Part shown: piece by piece, positions 47,101-55,054 of the stretch
Numbering within the stretch: the stretch's first letter is position 1
Layout: the number at the start of each line of letters is the position of its first letter
Virus record (IMG/VR): IMGVR_UViG_3300007960_000014
Location: 1-64,000 of that record
From: a virus
Length of the DNA: 64,000 bases
Direction: 5' to 3' (one strand)
The notes under the pieces: model-generated
What the model saw: the letters and a program-made list of their open reading frames with translations, nothing else
What the model was told of the DNA's origin: nothing
Databases searched by the model: none
Translations under genes and position numbers: made by a program

Positions 47101-47548
47101 CTCCTATTTCATCATCACTTCCTGGGCTCGTAGCACTTACGGCAAGATATCCGTCAGACTGATTACTAGTTGACGACCATATTAGTGCTACCTCATCTGC
47201 GGGGGTTGTCTTCCCCCAAAAAATATCAGATACTATTCGGAAGTTGTCGTCTGTTGGAGGGAAGTTTTTAACAGCTCCAGCTCCTGAATTCTTAGTGGAG
47301 GATAAAAAAGAACTGGAATCAAAGTACGCAGAGTTATAATTGGAATCAGCAACCAGATTAGTGCCTAAGTAAAAGATACTTCCATCAGGAGTTTTATAGG
47401 TATCAACAGCTCCAGAAGGAGCTGGGATATGGGTTAGCATATTGACGATAGTTTGTTTTCCACCGTCTACAATCATGTTATTATCCCGATAAACAACCTC
47501 AGAACCTCCGGATTGTTTATGTTGAACTACTTCTACGATTCCTCTCAT
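41192..47548 (-). CDS. Giant (2118-aa) baseplate/fibre protein: the 191-aa-type core with large beta-sandwich insertions
   Basis: Four segments align by eye with 40615-41190; inserts are S/T/G/N- and aromatic-rich; start moved to ATG 47548. Confidence 0.65.
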   Translation of the reverse strand: MRGIVEVVQHKQSGGSEVVYRDNNMIVDGGKQTIVNMLTHIPAPSGAVDTYKTPDGSIFYLGTNLVADSNYNSAYFDSSSFLSSTKNSGAGAVKNFPPTDDNFRIVSDIFWGKTTPADEVALIWSSTSNQSDGYLAVSATSPGSDDEIGARLVLSSISCPSGYFYYVQADVKNGNGSIADKTIKLRQLTPGNIATSSVTLAASSNSGWATNDWFTVSGVYDFRQPTTGTTMCLDAFAYSNTSNFDESQLFIDNVVVRRLHTNKTPNLDEIGNYQIKAMTLGSAKQNFDAHDSRYGVQYNYTAASAQYLEMSGVSSVIFAKAPSLNNHIFDTVGNKGNKNVAAQLSYGNQARSTSLLPETQVEGEPEIKYSYTNAKGDTVDAYCVTKTKGQDYVIVDAPIPSLPTQPITLRLNGESSVPFEVAFYRRTKPNVPFSTAYEKQEYFNFERKIFTPYEDYKTVELKPNQPTVVSFDPLPQREDNFLVNLRSDFVARFILPRRYLYEKGFVALESIELVDSDVYSVANPTFGERENYLFNSDLSKYSFLTNAPDYLASSLGLVDFANWDVINPLSNSSNPIDEASALGSVTLYRNSIGETGAVLQASALQSFDLSACASISQSFNIPNYAAEWFSTVELNDGGMHTPIMTMSMDVYVASATSKGIKVSLVNESKDTYYAFRTDDASGYVEGEWGTNVPFEISEANGNAVSGEFVSVSKVITLPTAYTRDKFRIIIDADGVDGADHLAKYIVKNIRFGRLKGWEYGHQALNNNPLTNRSSLQLPGGVHGTGIMFSAVDALANFNATNGSNFDELTYIGQTFSDIDPNKKYNLIIDAEKQQLNQDSSIAVSLWHSDYTNNQNGESDVAKLIGIYHGVNGGGNNTGNLYTGYNSILNPCAADRKVDSYRGLPTTNPEYHNRDERAVQFHPSQFLYVPLAPNSKYTFSVDSARRELSATYTSELESNAISDSRDVGCYLFLNGPQSTRFYYNFSLKRFVGDKPAAEDPDIENYRFRFSKGGSPFNEIRNEEQLVYTPAINRQAAWILNDDDTFSAGFEFFTIAKDGDVDKDDTSAESIANQQCYVTDFSIRGNYPTCTDTVAHFQYNLADVPTEAIQPRVFFYDGDGTWTKIGTSESDLFAVSPQSLSGSLGEGIPSTEYSLSGNSQICIPIHGMNEMMGTLANGSDGTSFAAKGSATENSTYSLFLIFNKGCSVKINKVELVDVSLGAYGGPILSNQSNISTSEEVDNVPVGLVGGWHTHFVDPQTDEPDIPKIFVRDFSGTQFLGVSGSDTTKYQKPTICYSDYISNLGFTSKEASVAVDHWGGGFDSLYKAFQIYNTDTKERQVWDFTTNTWLVDNDNYPLSLSKYRKVTKPFKVPNESLKDYYPGHDWITSGISIPKWEGRTSDPRIFTVMFAPQTGKGQFYLRNLRFYSQYDYKDVSSVYPEFPNPEDTSIQPATPGTPGKLGHFLNNIEFYTSANYATGDKTLEEALVDGCYPPAEGILYMSGAGGAATDTPTTLYGNLNRFSVITPNGYILEQQRMPYGKSTLFDSSCGFVMQPCYDVYFSSTAKTKAPHVGSYGVFYLTDNLLSVSSVDVMGSNGNFEGGYLVSGSTNDHDGANNWYTGLQGRDSISFLSSITSGTNPNTTPGQQWAYASKPGDSRWSLVLSGDDDGEPANLKGLSYSFNQETAPSGYNYLAEQDVQFLGGDGRDQTVALLEQSDTGTDTEFLVLASDTEMKWLQDNSPNEFSSVSAVGFYEPLTGELDGHLQWHNLIYDTLGAASPANAVSSVMAVDNLSLRRLCAPGDDMAQPRVKYAITLSRDEWELLDKKYGGIESVGLHTMNLIETARKRGSERAMAVPPYLVSGSQYPFSSTMTLGDLAGYAGAPTPAAVVEGAQYRNSMCLRAKEEPVDNVNRKNVSRLFHTGFGSPSFDPSGWASGVGNAMTLSFKYKVVDDLGTQGTPKGYVSSPHFGVVELAGKQNQWQSFNKSFSIAASAAGENDVMWYFAKDQETSLAGRNEIRLDEVKLTNTTNGDVIADYNFALTDSGYLDNDVSAFSTDWSAPNFMSIDRVYDGAYYDSSLYTSEQLIENEPVFDLFAKKVFFPGGLKLGDNSDKLTIIWTLYF

Positions 47549-47549
47549 T

Positions 47550-50500
47550 TTAAATACTGTACGGTGTCCAACCGCTAACTTGGTAATCAATAGTTGATTC
47601 TAATGGTCCTCCCCAAGGTTCTAGATATTCAGACCTAGCGCCGCCTTTAGTACCCAAACCTAATTCTTCACCTTTAGCCAAATCTCTAGTAGCTGTCGTC
47701 AGCCTTAGGGTATTAAAGTATTCTAAGAAATTTTTTGCCTCAGTTGTCGTCAAATTTTTAACTGATTCATTATACTCAACGTCCACAATGTTCAAGTTCC
47801 TCAGCCTGATATAAGGTCTGTTGGCATCGCTAATCACTTGTCTTTCCGGCATGAGTGGTATAAACTCCAGAGTATAGGAAGTATCAGAAGTATGTATGTT
47901 TCCATACTCCGGACCTCTACTTATAGACATAAGCTGTCGCGTTTCAGGGTCTATCGGACCTCGGTGATTGTCTGTAGTGAACTCGAACTCAATCTTTTTA
48001 GTTTGAGGTACAGAGCCAGAAAGAACATCTATAAACGGAGGCAACTCCTGCATGGAGATGTTCATATTTTTACTTAAATCTCCAGGAGAGTTTAGTTGCC
48101 ACCTAGCTCCAACACCGTTCCAGTCGTAAGCAAAACTCTTCATTGCGGAACCATTCACTAAAGGATTAGGAGTTGTTACTAATCTAATTCCTAAATAATC
48201 GGTTAAGCCTTCCGGGTCATGATAATCCACATACACCTCGGCTCTATACTTTCTATTAGGATACAAAGTATTTGATTGTTGCTTGGATATCGTCGCTTTG
48301 AACAACATATCTAACGTATAACTGCCGGTATTAGCACTAGAATACGGAGCAATCCACAACTTCCACCTGTCAGTTGGGGAGAAGGTTATATTTTGCGAAA
48401 CATTTCCATCTATATTAGCAGAGACGGGAACATTAAACTCTTTAGATACTGTGTAAGATTTATTAGTAATCTCTCCCGCAGCAGGAGCTAAGCGATAGAA
48501 GGCAGTTTCCGTTCCCCAGGTGCCGTCGGATGGTTTATAAAAAACGTTCTTTGTTACGTTTCCGAGCACGAATCCAAATCCAGCAGTAGCCGCTAGTGAA
48601 GAAGCAGTTAATTCAATCTTGTAGTTCTCTCCGGGGATTAATGTTAAAGGACTATTTACAGCTTCTTCTTGCCTGCCTTCGTTTACGGTCGCAATCATTG
48701 ATTTCTCATTGCCGCCGACCAAGGTAGGAGGATTATCTTTACTAAAGAATACGAGAACATCTTCGTAAGTTCCTGGAACCCCACTGTAATCTGCGAAATT
48801 AACTGAGCTAGGAGTTACCCAACCATAATTAGAAGGGAGAGCGCCGCTCCGGAACCTTGGAGTTCGTAGTGGGTCTAGAAGTTCCCAGTTAGATACCGCA
48901 GACAAAGAAGAACTTTCTAAGGTTCTGGCGGATGTGGGTTCTAATTTAAAGTCTCCGTTAGCAAGGAGATTAAAGTTTTTAGATAATGGGAACCTAACTC
49001 TAAGAGCATTGGACTTATCTGTAACATCTTCTTTACCCCCGAACACGGTAATACTCTTGTCTAATGCTGTAGAGGTAAGATATGGGTTACATCCGTCAGT
49101 AAAATCTTTATAGTTAAATACTGCTAAGTTGTTAGTGCCTTCTTTACACACCAACTCAATTCCAGATAAGATAGATTGGTTAGCCCAGATGTTGGTCTCT
49201 TTCCCAAACTCATACGTATCAAACACACTCTTATAAGAACCAAACCCTTGGCTAAAAATCAAACCTCTTAACGTGGCAGCTATCAGTCTACCGTTAGGGT
49301 CTTCAAAGGATTCCCCTACAATGCCGTCACTTCCAGCAATGTTTGCAAACTGTAAAGAACTGAGAGCAGTTCTATCTCCATCCCTATACGCACGCAACCC
49401 AGAGAACTCGTAGTCTTGCCCAGGTAAGTTAGTGGCGGATGCGGCGGGACCACGCGTATTAAAGTCGTTGTTAAATACTAAAGGTCCGAAGGCGAAAGCT
49501 AATGCGTCGTGTCCACCTCCAGATAGATTTAAATTAAATTTACTAGGGTCCTTATAATCTAACCATAGCTGATGGAACCCGGAACCAAACTCAGAATATA
49601 TCATGTTATGCTCTGAGAAGTCTAGGAAGGAGTAATCATCTTTTCCTCTACGCAATGCGTAATCGATAAAGATTTGCTTAGGAGATTTAGTAAACTGCCT
49701 TCTCTTTTCGTTGCTGCTACTACAGTCCAGTAACTCTTCTATCGCACGGTAAGGGAAGGAAAGATTTACAGGGACTCCTAAAATATTTGCATCAGGAGCA
49801 TTACCCCGAATAACATTTTCATCAATGAATGCCGTATTTGAGGCATCGTAAATACCGCTCATAGCATTAATTGCAGGAGATATAAAGTTCTGTCCGGAGA
49901 AGTTAAATCCCTTCGGAAGATATTGAGGTAAGTAGCCTGTTTCTGTTGGTATCAGGTCTAGTCTTCCACTTGTAGCGAAGGCGTTAGATATCGGAGCAGA
50001 CCGTCCTTCTCGATTATAATTAGAACCGCTTAGGAGGTACCGATAACTTCTTCTCCTAATGGAGTTCCGCTCTAAGCCAGCGGCGGGTTCCCAAAATACA
50101 GGAGCTACCTTAACATTGGCAATACCTAATACGCTAGTTTCTGAATGAGCAGTGGTATACCCCCCAGCGCGTCTATACGCAAACGCTCCAAACCAGACCG
50201 AAGGACCAACTAATGCGGACGGGTTCAATGAAGATGTAGAGGAAACCCCTATGCTTCCCCCGTCACTGGGATATTCAAAATCCTGTTCTTTATAATGCCA
50301 TGCCGTTCCTGAGGCTAAGGTGGAATCATTATTAGCAACCAAATTGACAGTTTCTATGTCCTCTGAATCAAAGGGTTCAGCTTGCTGAATATTAAAGGAT
50401 ATGGACTTGTCTCGTTTATCTCCTGTCGCCGCTCTATACCAGAATGAGATTCTATATCTTTGACCTGGAGTAAATCTACTCGGGTCCATAAAAATAACAT

Positions 50501-52976
50501 TTCCCCTGGTGTTAGGACCGAGATTTTCACCGAGGGTTAACGACGCACTAGCATAAAGCCCAACATCTCCGGAAGCTCCAGCGCCGTCGCCTGCCGACAC
50601 GAAAGACTTTATTGAGTTTGGCGCATCGTCAGTCTTGAACTCACTTTGAAAGGAGCCATATCTTCTAACTGCTTCATAGATAGCAACGCCTTTTCTTTGT
50701 TCTTCACTTAGAGTAGGGTACTCTTCAGCGGTTGGGAAATCTGTGTTTATGTCTATTGGGTCATAGACTATGTAATTCCCATCAGGGTCCTGTTCATTCC
50801 ATCTACATGTACCACCCCTAAGAGCTGGTTCATCTAAGAGGTTTCTCCCGGAGGTTCCCGGAAGGTATCTATTTTCTATAGTTGTTGTTGGGGGAAGCGG
50901 ATTGTTTACGAGTTTAGCTAATCCCCCCGTGCCGTGAGTTCCCACCCAAGAAGACACGATATTGTTTTGCATGGCGACAGTATTAGTTTCTTGTAGCTGT
51001 CCTTTTATAACCATACACATGCCAGCGTCTGTGTTTTGTTCTTCTGGCGTATACCCGTCACCGCTAAGGTCGACTCCCCCGTAAATTCTACTAAGAGTGT
51101 GTAGTGGAGTGTACTCTCTTAGAACATCAGAGATTCCTCTAATATCAAACGCAGTTAATTTATCAGTGCCGTTAAGAGAAGCTTCGGGCAGAACTAAGTA
51201 TAAGTTAGAAGACTTAGAGCTCCAATAATCTAGAACTGAAATCTCTTGATTTGTTCCACCATCTACAACCGCAGAAAAGTTAGGAGCAATTGAGTTACCG
51301 GATGTGAAGAACTTAAGACCATTGTTGTCCCCAAAGAAGAAGTCTGCAGTGGATTCAGTCCCTAGCGTAGTGGAGCTGAGGATATAGTTTTCTAGTGCAT
51401 CTACAAACGAAGAAGGAACTCTAAATCCAAAACTAGCATTTTCTTGGCAATCTCCTTCTAGAGCTTTCCTTAGGTACACAAGAACTTCATTAGTTATTCG
51501 CGTGTTCTTGTAAAACGTATCATACTCAAATGGAGGTACAGCTAGTGTATATCCTTGTCTAGCTTCAAATCCAACACCCTTTGAAATATCTGCTAAAGAT
51601 TTATGATTAAATCTCATAAACCCTGTGTTCTTTTCGATGAATTCTAAGATAGCATCTACAGAGAACCTAATGTTTTTGTCATGGTCATAGGGGTCGATAT
51701 TAATCGTAAGACCAGATACATTATTTACTTGGGTTTGTAGGTAAGTTGATAGAGACGAAAAATCAACGCAAGTGGGAGATTCCGTCTTAAGAGTATAATA
51801 AATTAGATTGGGCAGGTACGACTCCCAACACTCTCTTATATCTGACGAAGCATCAAACGTACTAAGCTCTTTTGGGAATACAATCTTTATGGCATCTACT
51901 AAAGCCTGTCTTGTTCCTTTTGCTTTGTAAGTGTAAACCGCTCTACGCAGCTGTCCTCTCCACATAGAAACATCATCGCCTAAGAATCTCCATCCAATAA
52001 CCGAAGCTAAGTGGTCTAAGAATTGAGGAGGACAGTTTTCAATATCAAACAAGTCCTGCATAGATTCAACAATCATGTCCAGGTCGTAAAAAGCCCACGA
52101 AGCAGCTTTCATAAACTTGGTAAAAGGACCAGAAGAATCGAACTTAGAATAAATCAAAGAAGACCCTTCAAGAGCTTCTAGAGAGTTACGAATAAACGGA
52201 GAGTCCTGGTCTTCCTTGTTTAGCCATACAGATAGTAAAGTTTGTAGTCTTTCTAATTGTTGGATGCCCGAAGCAAAGGTAACCCCTGATATAGAGGAAG
52301 TAGGTTTGTCGAACTCTGGGGGAAGGTATCTTCCGAACTCGGGAACAGCATCTCTGTTTTTCCAAATGTATTCAAAAAGCACATTTGCGGCAGTCTCTTC
52401 GGTAAACTCGCCACCATTAGAGTAGTAAGCGCTTGTTACATAGTCTGCTAATACTGCTGATAACTCCGTGGTCGCATTTGCGTTAGACGAAGTATTAAGC
52501 ATGTACAGCAAGCCCACCGTATCAACTAGCCCAGAGTGAACTTGGGCGGATACTGTGTAATCATTATTAGGGTTAGAAGACACCCCAGACACAAAGGTGT
52601 CTGAAAGATGGCTAAGAACCATATTAGGCTGAATTGTTCCCGAAAAATAATTCTTAAAATCATCTTGGTTTTTAAAAGAATTAAAAGATTTATTTAAAGG
52701 AGCTAAGATAGCATCAGTAAATGTATTTGCATCTACTCTTGTAAGTCTATTCTCAGGGACAAAGAAAGGTTTAATAGAACTTAAAGCATACCCAGAGACA
52801 GTAAAGAATGTATCGCACTCATTTGCAGCAAGTAAATACTTTCCTAATAATTTATAAGCTATCTCTTCAACTTTTGTTTCACCTTTTTCTTCTGAAATGT
52901 ATACCTCTGGAAGAAGCTTGGTTATCTTCTCCACATAGTTGTACTTAAATACATCTTCATTACCGCGATAAGGCAT
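47550..52976 (-). CDS. Large baseplate wedge protein with a P2 gpI-like domain plus carbohydrate-binding-like modules
   Basis: DLFDIENCPPQFLDHLASVIGW...WRGQLRRAVYTYKAKGT; P.HT motif; NLLANGDF. Confidence 0.72.
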   Translation of the reverse strand: MPYRGNEDVFKYNYVEKITKLLPEVYISEEKGETKVEEIAYKLLGKYLLAANECDTFFTVSGYALSSIKPFFVPENRLTRVDANTFTDAILAPLNKSFNSFKNQDDFKNYFSGTIQPNMVLSHLSDTFVSGVSSNPNNDYTVSAQVHSGLVDTVGLLYMLNTSSNANATTELSAVLADYVTSAYYSNGGEFTEETAANVLFEYIWKNRDAVPEFGRYLPPEFDKPTSSISGVTFASGIQQLERLQTLLSVWLNKEDQDSPFIRNSLEALEGSSLIYSKFDSSGPFTKFMKAASWAFYDLDMIVESMQDLFDIENCPPQFLDHLASVIGWRFLGDDVSMWRGQLRRAVYTYKAKGTRQALVDAIKIVFPKELSTFDASSDIRECWESYLPNLIYYTLKTESPTCVDFSSLSTYLQTQVNNVSGLTINIDPYDHDKNIRFSVDAILEFIEKNTGFMRFNHKSLADISKGVGFEARQGYTLAVPPFEYDTFYKNTRITNEVLVYLRKALEGDCQENASFGFRVPSSFVDALENYILSSTTLGTESTADFFFGDNNGLKFFTSGNSIAPNFSAVVDGGTNQEISVLDYWSSKSSNLYLVLPEASLNGTDKLTAFDIRGISDVLREYTPLHTLSRIYGGVDLSGDGYTPEEQNTDAGMCMVIKGQLQETNTVAMQNNIVSSWVGTHGTGGLAKLVNNPLPPTTTIENRYLPGTSGRNLLDEPALRGGTCRWNEQDPDGNYIVYDPIDINTDFPTAEEYPTLSEEQRKGVAIYEAVRRYGSFQSEFKTDDAPNSIKSFVSAGDGAGASGDVGLYASASLTLGENLGPNTRGNVIFMDPSRFTPGQRYRISFWYRAATGDKRDKSISFNIQQAEPFDSEDIETVNLVANNDSTLASGTAWHYKEQDFEYPSDGGSIGVSSTSSLNPSALVGPSVWFGAFAYRRAGGYTTAHSETSVLGIANVKVAPVFWEPAAGLERNSIRRRSYRYLLSGSNYNREGRSAPISNAFATSGRLDLIPTETGYLPQYLPKGFNFSGQNFISPAINAMSGIYDASNTAFIDENVIRGNAPDANILGVPVNLSFPYRAIEELLDCSSSNEKRRQFTKSPKQIFIDYALRRGKDDYSFLDFSEHNMIYSEFGSGFHQLWLDYKDPSKFNLNLSGGGHDALAFAFGPLVFNNDFNTRGPAASATNLPGQDYEFSGLRAYRDGDRTALSSLQFANIAGSDGIVGESFEDPNGRLIAATLRGLIFSQGFGSYKSVFDTYEFGKETNIWANQSILSGIELVCKEGTNNLAVFNYKDFTDGCNPYLTSTALDKSITVFGGKEDVTDKSNALRVRFPLSKNFNLLANGDFKLEPTSARTLESSSLSAVSNWELLDPLRTPRFRSGALPSNYGWVTPSSVNFADYSGVPGTYEDVLVFFSKDNPPTLVGGNEKSMIATVNEGRQEEAVNSPLTLIPGENYKIELTASSLAATAGFGFVLGNVTKNVFYKPSDGTWGTETAFYRLAPAAGEITNKSYTVSKEFNVPVSANIDGNVSQNITFSPTDRWKLWIAPYSSANTGSYTLDMLFKATISKQQSNTLYPNRKYRAEVYVDYHDPEGLTDYLGIRLVTTPNPLVNGSAMKSFAYDWNGVGARWQLNSPGDLSKNMNISMQELPPFIDVLSGSVPQTKKIEFEFTTDNHRGPIDPETRQLMSISRGPEYGNIHTSDTSYTLEFIPLMPERQVISDANRPYIRLRNLNIVDVEYNESVKNLTTTEAKNFLEYFNTLRLTTATRDLAKGEELGLGTKGGARSEYLEPWGGPLESTIDYQVSGWTPYSI

Positions 52977-54619
52977 TATACAAACTCAAAGTTAAGTTCA
53001 AAGTTGTTTAACTGTATGATTTCATTAAAGTTTACGAAAATATCTTCGTCATAATTCGTCACTTTAAAAAATCTAACGTCCGGATTATTCATCACAAAGT
53101 TAGCCAGCTCTGGGAATCTTAAAGGTTTACCAAAATCCATGCTGTCATAGGACAGATATTCTGTTATACTTCTACTCACACCCGCCTTTACATTTTCTTG
53201 GAGCGCTAACTTATTTCTATCTACAAAGACTGTTGCTACTAAATCAACAGTTCTCACTAGACCATCTACAATCGTCAACTCATCAGTAAGCATCTTATAG
53301 CTGTTAAGATGATTTAGTAAGTCTGATTTAAACGGCAAGGATGCTCTCTGCAGTTGGGTGTCTGTAGCTTTAGCTAAAACATAAATATCAATCATGTTTC
53401 CACCTGCTCCAGACTGACGAGCAACAGCTAGAGCTTTGCCCGTTTGACCTGTAGTTCCAGCATAGCTATTTGCAATAGCTGTATAGTCTTCTCCAGTAAC
53501 AGCTCTATACTGAGTTCTGAAGAAGTATGGTGCATATTTCTTTGCGTGAGCAACAGTTTCGGCATTTGCTCCACCAGCAGCCACTGTTGTATTTGTAATT
53601 GTACACTCTACAGGCGAACTTCCATTTTTCAATCCATTAACCTGAGTTCTTATAGCTCCTTCTACAATATCTCCACGGTTACCTCCACCAACTCTATAAA
53701 CTACAGTGTAGTCCTGACCGTTCTGAGGGCTCTTACCTCTGATGTCGTCACCAAACAGTAGGCTGCAAGAATAATCGTCGTTGTAAATTTTCTCAAAGAC
53801 CGCGTCAGTGCTGCCTGAAGCTAGACTAAGGCTTTGGATTTCAGAATATACTTCATCTCCAGACGAGACAAAAATACTTCCTTCGATAATCGAAGGGTCA
53901 GGAACTCTAATTCTCTTGGAAGACTGCGCGGTAGAGAAGGTTCCTTGCAGAGTTTTGTAAGTACCCTCCAATAACACAAGACCCGTGAAGTTAGAGCCCT
54001 CACCATAGCTGTTATAATCCAGAAGAAGGTCTCCCGTTTGGGCGGTAGTTGCTTCATCAATAAGTCCCGTAGCTTTGTTTATTTTATAAAGAGTATAGGT
54101 TAGTTGGGTGTTGTCTCGTTGTGAAGTGGTCGTTACTGTTCTTTGATTACTAGGTATAGTTAATGTATCACCCCCGGCAAAAGATACGCTACTCTCTGGA
54201 GTTAGAAGAGCCGTAGCTTTACTGGCTATCGGACCTTTCATTTTTACTCCAATTAGTTCTAAAACTTTTCTTAAGTTTTCTGGAGTCTTAACAGTGCTTA
54301 AATAAGACTCATTAGCCAAGAAGTCTGCTTTTAAAGAAAGCACTGAAGCTAGGTAGGCAAACAATTCAATAAAAACAACACCTAGGTCTGATTGTACGAA
54401 GTTATTGTAATCATCAGGATATACAGCCTTAACATAATCCATCAAGGCTTCTTTGAATTCATCAAAGTCCGCAACCGAATAATCAATCAGTTGAGATTTG
54501 GCTAGCTCTTGGATTTTACCAAGTCTCATAAAATCTGACTGCACAGTGCCATCAAAAGCCGAAGCGTTATACCTGATAGGGTCGGCAGCAGCGGGAGGAA
54601 TATAATTTAAATTTGCCAT
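52976..54619 (-). CDS. gp6: Baseplate wedge protein (T4 gp6 / baseplate-J-like)
   Basis: DF...K.AL..Y, F..SD.G..FIELFAY, NESYL.T, FGD...G..P, YRVGGG..G, GG...ET, Q.RAVT.EDY. Confidence 0.88.
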   Translation of the reverse strand: MANLNYIPPAAADPIRYNASAFDGTVQSDFMRLGKIQELAKSQLIDYSVADFDEFKEALMDYVKAVYPDDYNNFVQSDLGVVFIELFAYLASVLSLKADFLANESYLSTVKTPENLRKVLELIGVKMKGPIASKATALLTPESSVSFAGGDTLTIPSNQRTVTTTSQRDNTQLTYTLYKINKATGLIDEATTAQTGDLLLDYNSYGEGSNFTGLVLLEGTYKTLQGTFSTAQSSKRIRVPDPSIIEGSIFVSSGDEVYSEIQSLSLASGSTDAVFEKIYNDDYSCSLLFGDDIRGKSPQNGQDYTVVYRVGGGNRGDIVEGAIRTQVNGLKNGSSPVECTITNTTVAAGGANAETVAHAKKYAPYFFRTQYRAVTGEDYTAIANSYAGTTGQTGKALAVARQSGAGGNMIDIYVLAKATDTQLQRASLPFKSDLLNHLNSYKMLTDELTIVDGLVRTVDLVATVFVDRNKLALQENVKAGVSRSITEYLSYDSMDFGKPLRFPELANFVMNNPDVRFFKVTNYDEDIFVNFNEIIQLNNFELNFEFV

Positions 54620-55053
54620 TATCTTATTACTACGTCAATAACTTCTTCCTCATAGGGCGTTGCAGTGAAGCCCACATTTAAGGCTACGTAAATGCTGTTG
54701 GGGTCAGACTCAGGACCTTGAACAACTTTTAAATCTTTTACAAAAACTCTAGGTTCGTATACTTGGATAACATTTCTAATATCTCTGTTTAGCTCTTCAA
54801 GAAGCGACCCCGTTAAGGGTTCGAACAATGCTGCTTTTAGATTAGTGCCGTAGTCTGGATACATAACCCGTTCCCCTTTTTGAGTAAGGAGAAGCTGTCT
54901 TAAGTTTTGGTAGACTACTTCCTTATCAAAGCTTTTGGGGAAAAAACCTCCATCCGCAGGAGCCGTGGGCAATGGAAACCTAAGACCGACAATCCTATCT
55001 CTTCTTGAGGTAGTAATGTAGTCTAGGTTATTTGCGAATAGAGTATCAGTCAT
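54619..55053 (-). CDS. gp25: Baseplate wedge / sheath initiator (T4 gp25-like)
   Basis: NLRQLLLTQKGERVMYPDYGTNL...LFEP, YEPRV. Confidence 0.92.
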   Translation of the reverse strand: MTDTLFANNLDYITTSRRDRIVGLRFPLPTAPADGGFFPKSFDKEVVYQNLRQLLLTQKGERVMYPDYGTNLKAALFEPLTGSLLEELNRDIRNVIQVYEPRVFVKDLKVVQGPESDPNSIYVALNVGFTATPYEEEVIDVVIR

Positions 55054-55054
55054 T

